Assembly: GCA_050950285.1 (NCBI GenBank)
Contig: JBMNHG010000008.1
Span: 744,001-808,000 of the forward strand
Reading direction: 5' to 3'
DNA from: Kiritimatiellia bacterium
GTDB lineage: Bacteria > Verrucomicrobiota > Kiritimatiellia > RFP12 > JBMNHG01
Length of the DNA stretch: 64,000 bases
Both the position numbers and the translations under genes were made by a program. The notes beneath the pieces are model-generated. The model saw only the letters and a program-made list of their open reading frames with translations, was not told the origin of the DNA and searched no databases. This document shows, piece after piece, positions 9,201-16,121 of this stretch (positions are counted from its first letter, which is position 1; each line of letters begins with the position of its first letter).

Positions 9201-10786
9201 TTGGTCGAGACGGGCAGCCAGAGGCTGTCGTCGGGCGGCGAGGCGGTCGCGGTGCCGCTTCCGCCTTCGGAGTCGGCCCACTCGAGCGTCATGCCCTCCA
9301 GCGACCAGCCTGCGGGCGCATTCGAGGAGGCGGAGAGGAAGTACTGCTGCCAGCCGCCGTCGCGGTCGATCGTGAAGGTGCGCTCGTACACCAGGTTCGT
9401 GCCGCCGGAGACGTCGGCGGCGAACGGAGCGAAGAGCTGCCAGGAGGCCAGGCTTCCGGAATGGAAGGCCGGCGGCTCGGCCGCATGGTGGGGGTCCATG
9501 CCCGCCGCGATCTTCGTGGAGAGCGGGAAGCCGGTCCCGCCGGGGTCGAAGGCGAGGCTGTCCACCGCGTTGGTGCCGCCGAACGTCGCCGTCTCGTAGG
9601 CGTCGGGGATGCCGTCGCCGTCGAGGTCGTCGGACGGCGTCGGGGACAGCGGGTCGGGGTCGGAGCCGTCGACGAGCCCGTCGCCGTCGGTGTCGCGGAG
9701 CAGCGGACTCGTTCCGGCGGCGACTTCGGCGCCGTCCAAAACGCCGTCGAGGTCGGTGTCGGGCAGGCGGGGGTCGGTGCCGTGGACCATCACCTCGTCG
9801 TAGGTGGAGAGTCCGTCGCCGTCGTGGTCGGCGACGTCCGGGTCGAGCATGCCGAAGGCGCGCCAGTGGAGCTCGAGGCCGTGGACGAGGACGCCCGTGC
9901 CGCCGAAGGCGAAGGTCTCGCCGCCGCCGCCGTGCTGGGCGCCGACGACCCAGTTGGTGGCCGGCAGCGCGTTGGTGGCGGACAGCCGGGACAGGTCGTA
10001 GCGGTAGACGAAGTCGCCGGAGGGGAAGAGTTCGGCCTGGAAGGTGACGGGGAGGCCGGCGTCGCGGCCGGCGAAGACGTCCTGCCAGGCGAGCAGCAGG
10101 CTGTTGGAGGCGGTCGGGGCGTGCCAGAAGCGTCCGGCCGGCGGGACGATGCCGAGGGAGGTCTGCAGGGGGGCGAGGAAGTCGAGGCCCGAGCCGTCGG
10201 GCATCCGGCGGGCGCGGGGCGAGCCCTTGGGCCAACCGAAGGAGAGCGTGCCGCTGCTGGAGACGTGCAGCCCCCCGACGCGGTTGGTGCCGAGGGTGAA
10301 GGACCAGTTGGTGGCGGGGAGCCAGAAGGTGTCCTCGGCCACCCCGTAGCGGGTCCAGGGGGCGTGGACGACGGCGTTCGACGGGACGGAGGCCAGGGCG
10401 GGAGACGGATTGGTGGCGACGCGCGCGAGCGCGAAGCCGGCCCGGTACTGGCCGGCGGTCAGGCGGGGGCCGGAGGAGGGGCCGCGCGCGGGCCGCGCCG
10501 GGAGGCCGCCGGAGACCATGCCCGCCGGGGGAGGGCCGGAAGACGGGGCGTTGCTTCCGGGCGGCACCTTCGGGACGCCGTGCAGGGTGGCGACCGCCAG
10601 GAGGGCGGAGAGCGCCGCCCTGACGGAGGGCGAAAGCGAGCGGAACCGGTCGCCGAGAGCGCGGAAGAGGCGGCGCAGGCCGGGCGACGTCCCGGCCCAG
10701 GCGCCGAGGCAGAAGAGCAGCGGCACGCCGGCCAGCAGGCAGGCGCCCGCGAACATCCAATGGTGCATCGACTGCAGAAGTCCCAT
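3299..10786 (-). CDS. Large Rhs/YD-repeat polymorphic toxin (2495 aa)
   Basis: Two N-terminal hydrophobic segments, a NIDO-like stretch (LHVSSSGTLSFG...TFQAELFPSGDFVYRY), DxDGDG Ca-binding (TSP3-like) repeats, a Cys-rich region, many YD repeats, Rhs core RFSTKYYDTETGLYYYGYRFY...RDP...SPLNGWDDRGL, and a low-GC variable tip. Confidence 0.93.
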   Translation of the reverse strand: MGLLQSMHHWMFAGACLLAGVPLLFCLGAWAGTSPGLRRLFRALGDRFRSLSPSVRAALSALLAVATLHGVPKVPPGSNAPSSGPPPAGMVSGGLPARPARGPSSGPRLTAGQYRAGFALARVATNPSPALASVPSNAVVHAPWTRYGVAEDTFWLPATNWSFTLGTNRVGGLHVSSSGTLSFGWPKGSPRARRMPDGSGLDFLAPLQTSLGIVPPAGRFWHAPTASNSLLLAWQDVFAGRDAGLPVTFQAELFPSGDFVYRYDLSRLSATNALPATNWVVGAQHGGGGETFAFGGTGVLVHGLELHWRAFGMLDPDVADHDGDGLSTYDEVMVHGTDPRLPDTDLDGVLDGAEVAAGTSPLLRDTDGDGLVDGSDPDPLSPTPSDDLDGDGIPDAYETATFGGTNAVDSLAFDPGGTGFPLSTKIAAGMDPHHAAEPPAFHSGSLASWQLFAPFAADVSGGTNLVYERTFTIDRDGGWQQYFLSASSNAPAGWSLEGMTLEWADSEGGSGTATASPPDDSLWLPVSTNGPAELTLRLRATTAGLARCARPLYLLSWAPGISLSGGIQASTNGVECTVVDLGSGGTLSADFDRSTRPCRARPDDMERAATANPFATWGDGIGFAAASGPDGAAVGGTLSFRKPGCHALPQALPMPSSGDAGDAPAAVVLAIWPVLTWGDGLHGRGGCERIGYDPATGEYGETSEYPLDSGCLWRNWWRDATGGCTCTCEPRVDFGDTELDEWFQTLFQYPEPGRVEATVALGGTPVWNGGEWHDPATGESCVEKGVGLLSSDPCDDCSGCENGDCDGFEGPETGSLAFRIPLGTPRRGQVSGFLWFRTDAPLTVTPAVFSLLARPDAAILVESNNTGRTLGRVLCGDARGRDLRVEELAGGVRVTVSNAPCAVLEHVWEIVNEDGAPSRIRLRKTSRRDNVMSDHTYVCDGGTWTCTDNIAGTTETVARTGDLNDPENNTLAEERIVRDAAGTVLSHTIVESRRFGSGRTAVLREISRSEKGSGEDNWKTAHADYWTDTGNPRRNGRPRLVWGDDRPWSYRTWDERGRETLRLDQWDGSACPVEFHSGTPYTLAEIAAMGIACTATETGYAPHPGDAGHPDDRDRPRTVTTCHVRGGTAVVIARAWHTYSRGTAGGRPTVTRRTVRAHAADAAIGDPRNAVSSVTSYDTDAPGVPLLLRGSPVAVTGEDGVTTTCRHDYGIFDPATRAFTISTNGPHLRTISMRTTAAAPNGIPGKSVRQLTIRDATRGTTLHTAAAAILPDGTQSEAFGWQTHAYDDKNRLRCTVYADGSSMTNAYSCCRLLWTQDRDGFKTLRSAETGTDHLYYAIEEVSLRELAEADPYYYAPARYFRVTQHFRDALGRETNTITRTSRFEGTATVPGFTSPAYPCFTETTLYPAGTSDYRVHTDRRGVRTVTTSTPYPDREVTETQTFAPTNPVNPVILSRTTSYRNGKSVAEREWAGGWTRETRLTEYDATGCRRDVTIAESSDHPAVTNSVTRHDFLGRVAAVRTPPGVTSNFYDGASARLIRTETAGQPPVFNIHNALGEQTGTIVSGITNRTDTSYATVDGEVWRVSESLAGAARSIAREQLTGLSDACRARTVAIAANGAVTTTQTAFNPADKTETTTTRTDGATPVVRRTKFGVTVETHDLAARTVSYYDAFLTPYHVRNYHPVTGARRVRRFLGLDEATWDPCTTETRYDTLHVTTGAHFDAFGRETVRIDALGNAVTNAYDALGRPVAATGAAYPVAYGYDAAGRTTALATARGNAAGFASLAIQLAGGASLASLASPASLDLTAWNYDHATGLLTNKVYADGSAVSYTHNPDGRLAARTWARGLATTYAYNPDGLLTATTYSDNTPDIVLTYDLFQRPASASNAVARYAYQNSHLGTATNETAMVGGDTATLARTLDHRHRLAELRSGNAAPVHYGYDSESRLSTVSNDAFSASYAYTDDAWDAGYTITQTNGIVLSRTVIRDPYRRHLVTVITNSASGVPYNPLAYTYDLLNRVTSRNADTFDYNARSEVTAAIIQPAHTNRYAFDNIGNALWTSLNAVTNIYTANELNQYFLISNHVNHVNPVQISPAYDLDGNMTWDGRFNYTYDAENRLVAAYSNGLCVVFNAYDHLSRRVLKISRGGAETRGFVYDGWLPVLEIVATASGVTTNHYVWGKDLSGTLQGAGGIGGLLAVQMGSAWYFPFYDNNGNITAYADETGSIVAEYAYDAFGRTIAKSGTMADSFRHRFSTKYYDTETGLYYYGYRFYAPKLMRWINRDPIQEKGFVFSLYNEKISDAETLAIPFPDFETYYLYNVEELTKGGNCNPVMFILNSPLNGWDDRGLDITLETGNNGANDLNNKYHQAVCVDTWVNGNGRNACNEQNKWQCCHLGKRCFSFGKVPGLEGGQLPHFSSSWLGWSSTVVGAILQGEIYSLAAVPGATIDRRYVTTMTQDFNWERYMWRSRMYTRDAYSVARHNCRKYSQWEFRDAPYHW

Positions 10787-10790
10787 GGCT

Positions 10791-10898
10791 CTACCTCGGA
10801 AGGATCACGGCACCGTCGGCAGTACAGGCGGCGACGGCCCGGAGAAAAACGGCGCGCCGCCGGAACCGCGGCCCAAGGGAAATGCAACCTGTATCCAT
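10791..10898 (-). pseudogene. Internally deleted (35-aa) copy of the Rhs-upstream partner gene
   Basis: MDTGCISLGPRFRRRAVFLRAVAAC-TADGAVILPR corresponds to the N- and C-termini of the 217-aa ORF 60907-61560 joined in frame. Confidence 0.85.
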
Positions 10899-10905
10899 GG
10901 TGGGG

Positions 10906-10934
10906 AGCGTAGCACGGGCCAACGCCGACGGCAA
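10906..10934 (-). promoter_or_regulatory. Putative sigma70 promoter of the left Rhs operon
   Basis: TTGCCG-17nt-(TG)TACGCT, 7 nt before ATG 10898; identical to 60871-60899. Confidence 0.55.
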
Positions 10935-10960
10935 CCCATTATTTGTTCGCCTAGTTCGCA

Positions 10961-10990
10961 TTGGCATCATTCGCTTGGAAACGTTATACT
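10961..10990 (+). promoter_or_regulatory. Putative sigma70 promoter of the C25 peptidase gene
   Basis: TTGGCA-18nt-TATACT in an AT-rich patch upstream of ATG 11020. Confidence 0.55.
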
Positions 10991-11019
10991 TCCGGTGTCT
11001 TCTGGATTTCCTGGTTCCC

Positions 11020-14000
11020 ATGAAACAACGACCGAACAATCCATGGATCGGATGGGCCATCGTCGCAATGGCCGCAGCCGGTGCGTTGCGCGTGTACGCC
11101 GCCTTGCCCAGGGTCGAGTCTCTTCCGTCGGGCGAAGGGACGGCGCGATGGCGCGTGACCTTCGACGAGCCCCATGTGACGCTCTCCGCCGACGGTGCCT
11201 CCTGTGACGTGCGGGTGGATGGCTGCGAACCGTTGCTCTCCCCTGGCCAGCCCGCCCTTCCGGCGTACGGCTTCGCGTTCAACGTCCCCGCGGGGGCCGG
11301 TCTCGCGTCGTTCCGCGTGAAGATGCCGGACGCTCCGCGCGAACTTGCCCTCGGCGCGCCCGTCCGCCACACCGGCACCATCGCCCCGCTCTCCGCCGAT
11401 TTCGGCACCGTGCCGGAAACCCCTGCGGACGCGGCGCTCTACGCCCTCGACACGCCCTGGCCCGCGTGGGACGAGATCCCCTTGCGCATCGACTTCCGGG
11501 ACGGCGTCCGGGAAGGGCGCGCGATCCTCTACCCCGTTCGCTATGTTCCCGCCATGCGGCGTCTGCTCGTTCCCGGTACGCTGGAAATCGAGGCCGTCTG
11601 GCGTCCGGCGCCGGAGGCGGACACCGAAGCCGCGAGCCGGTCCCCCACGGCGAAGGGCCGCTTCCTGCCTCGCACCCGGGACGCCGCCTCCCCCGCCCTC
11701 TTCTCCCTGGAGGGACTCGGGACGGTAGACTACGCCATTGTCTCCTCCTCGAACCTCCTCGCGACTACGCCGGCACCGGACAACTTCCAGGCCCTGTGCG
11801 CCGCCCGCGAAGCGTCCGGCCTCGCCTCCGCCCTCATCTCCACGGAATGGATCTACCTCGCCTATCCGGGACGCGACAACCCGGAGCGCATCCGCAACTT
11901 CGTCATCGACGCCCATCAAAACCACGGTCTCCGCTACCTCCTCCTCGCCGGATCGGCCTACAGCCCCACCATCGTTCCCATCCGCAAGCTGTACACCTCG
12001 TTCACGAGCGGTTCGACCGTCTATTCGGCGCACATCCCGAGCGACCTGTACTACGGCTGTCTTGACGGCGACTTCGACTTCGATGGCGACAACATCTTCG
12101 GCGAGATCGGGGACGGAGCCTTCGGCGGCGACGTCGATCTGGTCTCGGAGGTCCTCGTGGGGCGCCTCCCCGTCGCCACCACCGACGAAGTCGCGAACGT
12201 GGTCGCGAAAATCCTCCGCTACGAGGCCGCCTCGCCGGAAGAGGTTGGAAGCGTCGCGCACGCCGGCGAATACATCGGCTTCGGCGGCATCGCGGAATAC
12301 AGCTCGACCTCCATGGAACAGATCCGCCTTGGCGGCACCTACGACGGCTACGCCACGCTCGGCTTCGCCGATTCGCCCTATGCGGACCTCATCGACCACT
12401 CGCACACCCTGTACGACGGGCCCGGCATCCCGGCGTGGACCCGGATCGACGGCCTCCGCCTCTTCAACGACGGCCCCCGCCTGATCAACCACCTGGGCCA
12501 CGGATCGGCCACGAAATGCATGAAGGTCGCGGTCACGTCCACCGACCGGACCACCTTCCCAAGCCTCACCAACGACGTCGGCTTCATCCTCTACTCGCAG
12601 GCCTGCGAAATCGCGCGCCTGGACGACAGGCCGAACTGCTGGGTCGAACAGCTTCTCACCGCCCCCCGCGCCGGCGTTGCCGCAGTGGCGAACACCCGCT
12701 ACGGCTTCGGCACGCAGGACTCCACCGATGGCCCATCGCACCGTTTCCACCGCCGCTTCATCGACGCCCTGCTCTCCGACCGCGCCATCCTTCTCGGCGA
12801 AGCCTTCTGCCAGGCCCGCGAAGCCGTGCTCCACCAGGTCCCGGGCGACAGCGGGAGCGTGATGCGCTGGTGCTACTACTCCAGCAACCACTTCGGCGAT
12901 CCCGCCATGCCCTTCGCGCCGTCGCTCCGCCTTGCGCCGCCCCAGATCTCCCACGCGCCGCTGCAGAACCAGTCCGACGCACTCGACTCCTACACGGCCG
13001 CCTGCGCGGTCGGCCCCGCCGGCCTGGTCGACACCGCTTCGCCCGCCTTCGCGTGGCGCATCGCCGGAACGGGCCCAGGCACTGCGCTGCCGATGACCCG
13101 CACCGGGCCCAACGGCTTCGCCGCCACGATTCCCGGCCAGCCCCTTGGAACCACCGTCGAATACCGCATCACCGCGACAACCCTCGCCGGCATGACCCAC
13201 TCCTCCCCTGCGGACGCCACGTCCTGGCATGCCTTCACGGTGACCTCGCCGGTTACGCTCGTTGTCTCCTCCTCCCCCGCCGACCTCGGCGCGTCCTCCC
13301 CCGCGCATGGAACCCACGCCATCGCGACCGGCGCGACCGTCGACGCCTCCGCCGGCGATCCGGTCCCCGTGTCGGACACCGTCCGCCGGGCTTGCCGCGG
13401 CTACTCCGGCACCGGAAGCGTCCCCGCCTCCGGCGAAACCGCCACCGTCTCGTTCACGATGTCCGGCGACTCCACGCTCGTCTGGAACTGGCATGTCGAG
13501 CACGCCCTCACCCTCTCTTCGGCCATCCCGACGAACCTTTGCCTGACCACCTGGCACGCCACGAACCGCGTTGCCTCCACGCCCGCCGCGCCGGAGTCCG
13601 TCACGTGGCTCGGCACCCGCTACGCCTTCTGCGGCTGGACGCTCGACGGCGTCCGCGCGCCCGCCGCCCCGGCCGCCTCGCCCTTGCGGCTCGACGGCAT
13701 CGACATGGCGACGCCCCGCACCGCCGTGGCGGACTATCTCGATGCGTCCCTCGACTCCGACGGGAACGGCCTCCCCGACTGGTGGGAACTGCGGTGGGTC
13801 GGCCTCATCGGCCTCGACCCCGACGCGGATCCCGACGGCGACGGCGCCACGAACGCCAAGGAGTATTTCGACGGCACGGACCCGCTCGACCCCGCGAGCA
13901 TCCTCTACTATCCGACTCTGGGGATCACCCCCGGCGGCGACCTTTCCGTCCGCGCCCGCTTCACCCCCGTACCCGTCCCCTTCGTCTTCACCAACTCCGG

Positions 14001-14766
14001 CAACGCCGTCCTCCACTGGGCGATCCACCCCGCCTTTGCGGAGGGCGCCGAGGCGGACCTCCCCGAAGGCTTGTCCACCAACGCCTCCGGCCAGGCCTGG
14101 TGCGTCTCCACGAACCGCGCCGCCTCCGGCTCCCGCTCCTTCCATTCCGCCCTCGTCTCGGATGCCCAGGCCTCCCTCGCCTCCCTCGACCTTCCCCCCC
14201 TTGCGCCGGGAAGCGGCGCGTGCCTGTCCTTCCGCTACTTCATCCACTCCGAACTCGACGGCGCCACCGGCGCCTGGGATGGGGGCATCGTCGAAATCTC
14301 GGCGGACGGCGGGCAATCCTTCGTCCAGCTTCCCGGACCGTACACCCACGTCCTCTCCGGCTGGGAACTCTCCCCCTGGCCCGACGGCACCCCCTGCCTC
14401 GCGGGCGACGGCACCGAAGGCTGGCGCGACATCTCCTTCGACCTCTCCGCCTACGCCGGCCAATCCGTGGTGCTGCGCTTCACCAACGGCGGCGACTCGA
14501 ATACCGACCTCGAGGGGTGGTATGTGGACGACATCCGCGTGGGGCCCATCGCCGGCTCCCTCCCCTCCTGGCTCCTCGGCGACACCTCCGGCTCCGTTCC
14601 CCCGGACTCCGCCGCGACGCACCTCCTCCGCTTCGCCGGCTCCGCCGTCCCCCGCGGCGACTCCGCCGACATCTGCTTCGACAGCAACGATCCGCACAAC
14701 CCCGTCCGCTTCCAGAACTGGACCATCCTTCCGGCTCGAACCGGCACGCTCTTCTTCCTCTACTGA
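11020..14766 (+). CDS. Gingipain-like C25 family cysteine peptidase, secreted multidomain protein
   Basis: Signal peptide; propeptide (PGQPALP...F.VP); C25 motifs YLLLAG, IPSDLYY, VGRLP, catalytic NHLGHGS and SQAC, NHFGDP; then Ig-like/repeat domains, DSDGNGLPDWWE Ca-binding repeats and a jelly-roll domain (DGGIVEISADGG...GWYVDDI). Confidence 0.88.
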   Translation: MKQRPNNPWIGWAIVAMAAAGALRVYAALPRVESLPSGEGTARWRVTFDEPHVTLSADGASCDVRVDGCEPLLSPGQPALPAYGFAFNVPAGAGLASFRVKMPDAPRELALGAPVRHTGTIAPLSADFGTVPETPADAALYALDTPWPAWDEIPLRIDFRDGVREGRAILYPVRYVPAMRRLLVPGTLEIEAVWRPAPEADTEAASRSPTAKGRFLPRTRDAASPALFSLEGLGTVDYAIVSSSNLLATTPAPDNFQALCAAREASGLASALISTEWIYLAYPGRDNPERIRNFVIDAHQNHGLRYLLLAGSAYSPTIVPIRKLYTSFTSGSTVYSAHIPSDLYYGCLDGDFDFDGDNIFGEIGDGAFGGDVDLVSEVLVGRLPVATTDEVANVVAKILRYEAASPEEVGSVAHAGEYIGFGGIAEYSSTSMEQIRLGGTYDGYATLGFADSPYADLIDHSHTLYDGPGIPAWTRIDGLRLFNDGPRLINHLGHGSATKCMKVAVTSTDRTTFPSLTNDVGFILYSQACEIARLDDRPNCWVEQLLTAPRAGVAAVANTRYGFGTQDSTDGPSHRFHRRFIDALLSDRAILLGEAFCQAREAVLHQVPGDSGSVMRWCYYSSNHFGDPAMPFAPSLRLAPPQISHAPLQNQSDALDSYTAACAVGPAGLVDTASPAFAWRIAGTGPGTALPMTRTGPNGFAATIPGQPLGTTVEYRITATTLAGMTHSSPADATSWHAFTVTSPVTLVVSSSPADLGASSPAHGTHAIATGATVDASAGDPVPVSDTVRRACRGYSGTGSVPASGETATVSFTMSGDSTLVWNWHVEHALTLSSAIPTNLCLTTWHATNRVASTPAAPESVTWLGTRYAFCGWTLDGVRAPAAPAASPLRLDGIDMATPRTAVADYLDASLDSDGNGLPDWWELRWVGLIGLDPDADPDGDGATNAKEYFDGTDPLDPASILYYPTLGITPGGDLSVRARFTPVPVPFVFTNSGNAVLHWAIHPAFAEGAEADLPEGLSTNASGQAWCVSTNRAASGSRSFHSALVSDAQASLASLDLPPLAPGSGACLSFRYFIHSELDGATGAWDGGIVEISADGGQSFVQLPGPYTHVLSGWELSPWPDGTPCLAGDGTEGWRDISFDLSAYAGQSVVLRFTNGGDSNTDLEGWYVDDIRVGPIAGSLPSWLLGDTSGSVPPDSAATHLLRFAGSAVPRGDSADICFDSNDPHNPVRFQNWTILPARTGTLFFLY

Positions 14767-14835
14767 CGCTCTCCCCGCCAAAAACGGCGCGCCGCTTTTT
14801 CCCGCCGGTTTCGCGGCGCGCCGCGAGACCCGGGC

Positions 14836-14864
14836 TTGACAGGGGAAGGCCGAAGCGCCACCTT
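14836..14864 (+). promoter_or_regulatory. Putative promoter giving a leaderless transcript
   Basis: TTGACA-17nt-CACCTT, 6 nt before ATG 14871, no SD. Confidence 0.45.
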
Positions 14865-14870
14865 CATCCC

Positions 14871-16121
14871 ATGACCTTCTCCAACCTCCTCTTCCGCGGG
14901 GAAGCCGTCGACCTGACCGTCGAAGACGGCGCCATCGCCCGCATCGCGCCCGCCGCGGACGCCTCCGCCGAGCCCGGGTTCCTGCTCGCGCCGGCCTTCT
15001 ACAACGGCCACACGCACCTCGCCATGAACCTGTTGCGCGGCTTCGCCGACGACATCGAGCTGGAGCCCTGGCTTCGCGACCACATCTGGCCCGCCGAGGC
15101 GCACCTCACCGACGCCATCGTCTACGCCGGCACGCGCCTGGCCATTCTCGAGATGATCCGCTCCGGCACCGTCTTCGCGAACGACATGTACTGGCATGCC
15201 CCCGCCGTGGCGCGCGCCGCGGAGGAGATGGGCATCCGCTGCGCCGTCTCCATGCAGACCATCGAAACCGGCGGCCCCGGCCGCAACGACCCCCGCAACA
15301 TCGCCTCCAACCGCGAACTCGCCGGCGCCCTCCCGCGCTCCGCTTCGGAAGGGCGCGTGTTCGCCACCTTCGCCCCGCACGCCATCTACACCGTGTGCGA
15401 GGAGACCCTCCGCTCCATCGCCGCCCAGGCGAAGGCCGAGGAGGCCCTTCTCCACATCCACGTCTCCGAAACCGCCGGCGAAGTCGCGGCGTGCCGCGCC
15501 GCCCACGGCGGCCGCACGCCCGTGAAGTATCTCGACGACTGCGGCATCCTCGGCCCCCGCACCGTGATGGCCCACTGCGTGCACCTGACCGACGACGACA
15601 TCCGCCTCATCGCCGACCGCGGCGCCGTCATCGCCGTGAACGCGCAATCGAACCAGAAGCTCTGTTCCGGGATGTTCCGCTTCCGCGACGCCGTCGAACG
15701 CGGCGGCTGCCGGGCCATCCTCGGCACCGACGGGGCCAGTTCGAACAACGCCCTGTCGATGTTCGCGGAGATGAAGGGGGCCGCCCTGCTCGCGAAGATG
15801 GAGAGCGGCGACCCCACCGCCGGTTCCGCCGAGCGCATCCACCGCATGGCCACGCGCGACGGCGCACGGGTCTTCGGGATCGACGCCGGCGAAATCCGCG
15901 AAGGCGCCGCCGCCGACTTCCTCCTGCTGCGGCGCGCCGCGCCCGCGCTCGTTCCGGGCTTCCATCCCGAAAGCGACCTCGTGTACGCCGCCGATCCTTC
16001 GTGCGTGGACACCGTGGTCTGCGCCGGGCGCATCCTCATGCGGGGAGGCCGCGTCCCGGGCGAGGCGGAGATCGTCGCCGAAGCCCGCAAGGCCGCCGCC
16101 GAACTCGTCCGCGCGCGCTAG
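14871..16121 (+). CDS. Amidohydrolase, MTA/SAH deaminase (MtaD)-like
   Basis: Motifs NGHTH, EMIRSGT, FAPHAIY, HIHVSET, AHCVH and LGTDGASSNN. Confidence 0.88.
   Translation: MTFSNLLFRGEAVDLTVEDGAIARIAPAADASAEPGFLLAPAFYNGHTHLAMNLLRGFADDIELEPWLRDHIWPAEAHLTDAIVYAGTRLAILEMIRSGTVFANDMYWHAPAVARAAEEMGIRCAVSMQTIETGGPGRNDPRNIASNRELAGALPRSASEGRVFATFAPHAIYTVCEETLRSIAAQAKAEEALLHIHVSETAGEVAACRAAHGGRTPVKYLDDCGILGPRTVMAHCVHLTDDDIRLIADRGAVIAVNAQSNQKLCSGMFRFRDAVERGGCRAILGTDGASSNNALSMFAEMKGAALLAKMESGDPTAGSAERIHRMATRDGARVFGIDAGEIREGAAADFLLLRRAAPALVPGFHPESDLVYAADPSCVDTVVCAGRILMRGGRVPGEAEIVAEARKAAAELVRAR

Larger units (their letters stand above)
9491..10937. repeat. Left arm of large inverted repeat (pairs with 60868-62860; a second block ~9200-9408 pairs with ~62946-63155)
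   Basis: The reverse complement of 9491-10790 matches 61561-62860 without net indel (coordinate sum 72351 at both ends) and with few substitutions. The promoter and upstream region also match, apart from an internal deletion. Confidence 0.95.

Noticed and set aside
9590..9840. Repeated GACGGCGAC-like units suggesting a CRISPR or tandem array
   Set aside because: They encode DxDGDG calcium-binding repeats within a CDS; no fixed repeat-spacer period and no cas genes.
5351..10912. 1853-aa plus-strand ORF and similar very long ORFs (10984-14781 -, 18183-23132 +, 38039-41413 -, 43135-47178 +, 54549-59156 +, 60893-63925 -)
   Set aside because: Antisense shadows of real high-GC genes; no motifs, and composition mirrors the codon bias of the opposite strand.
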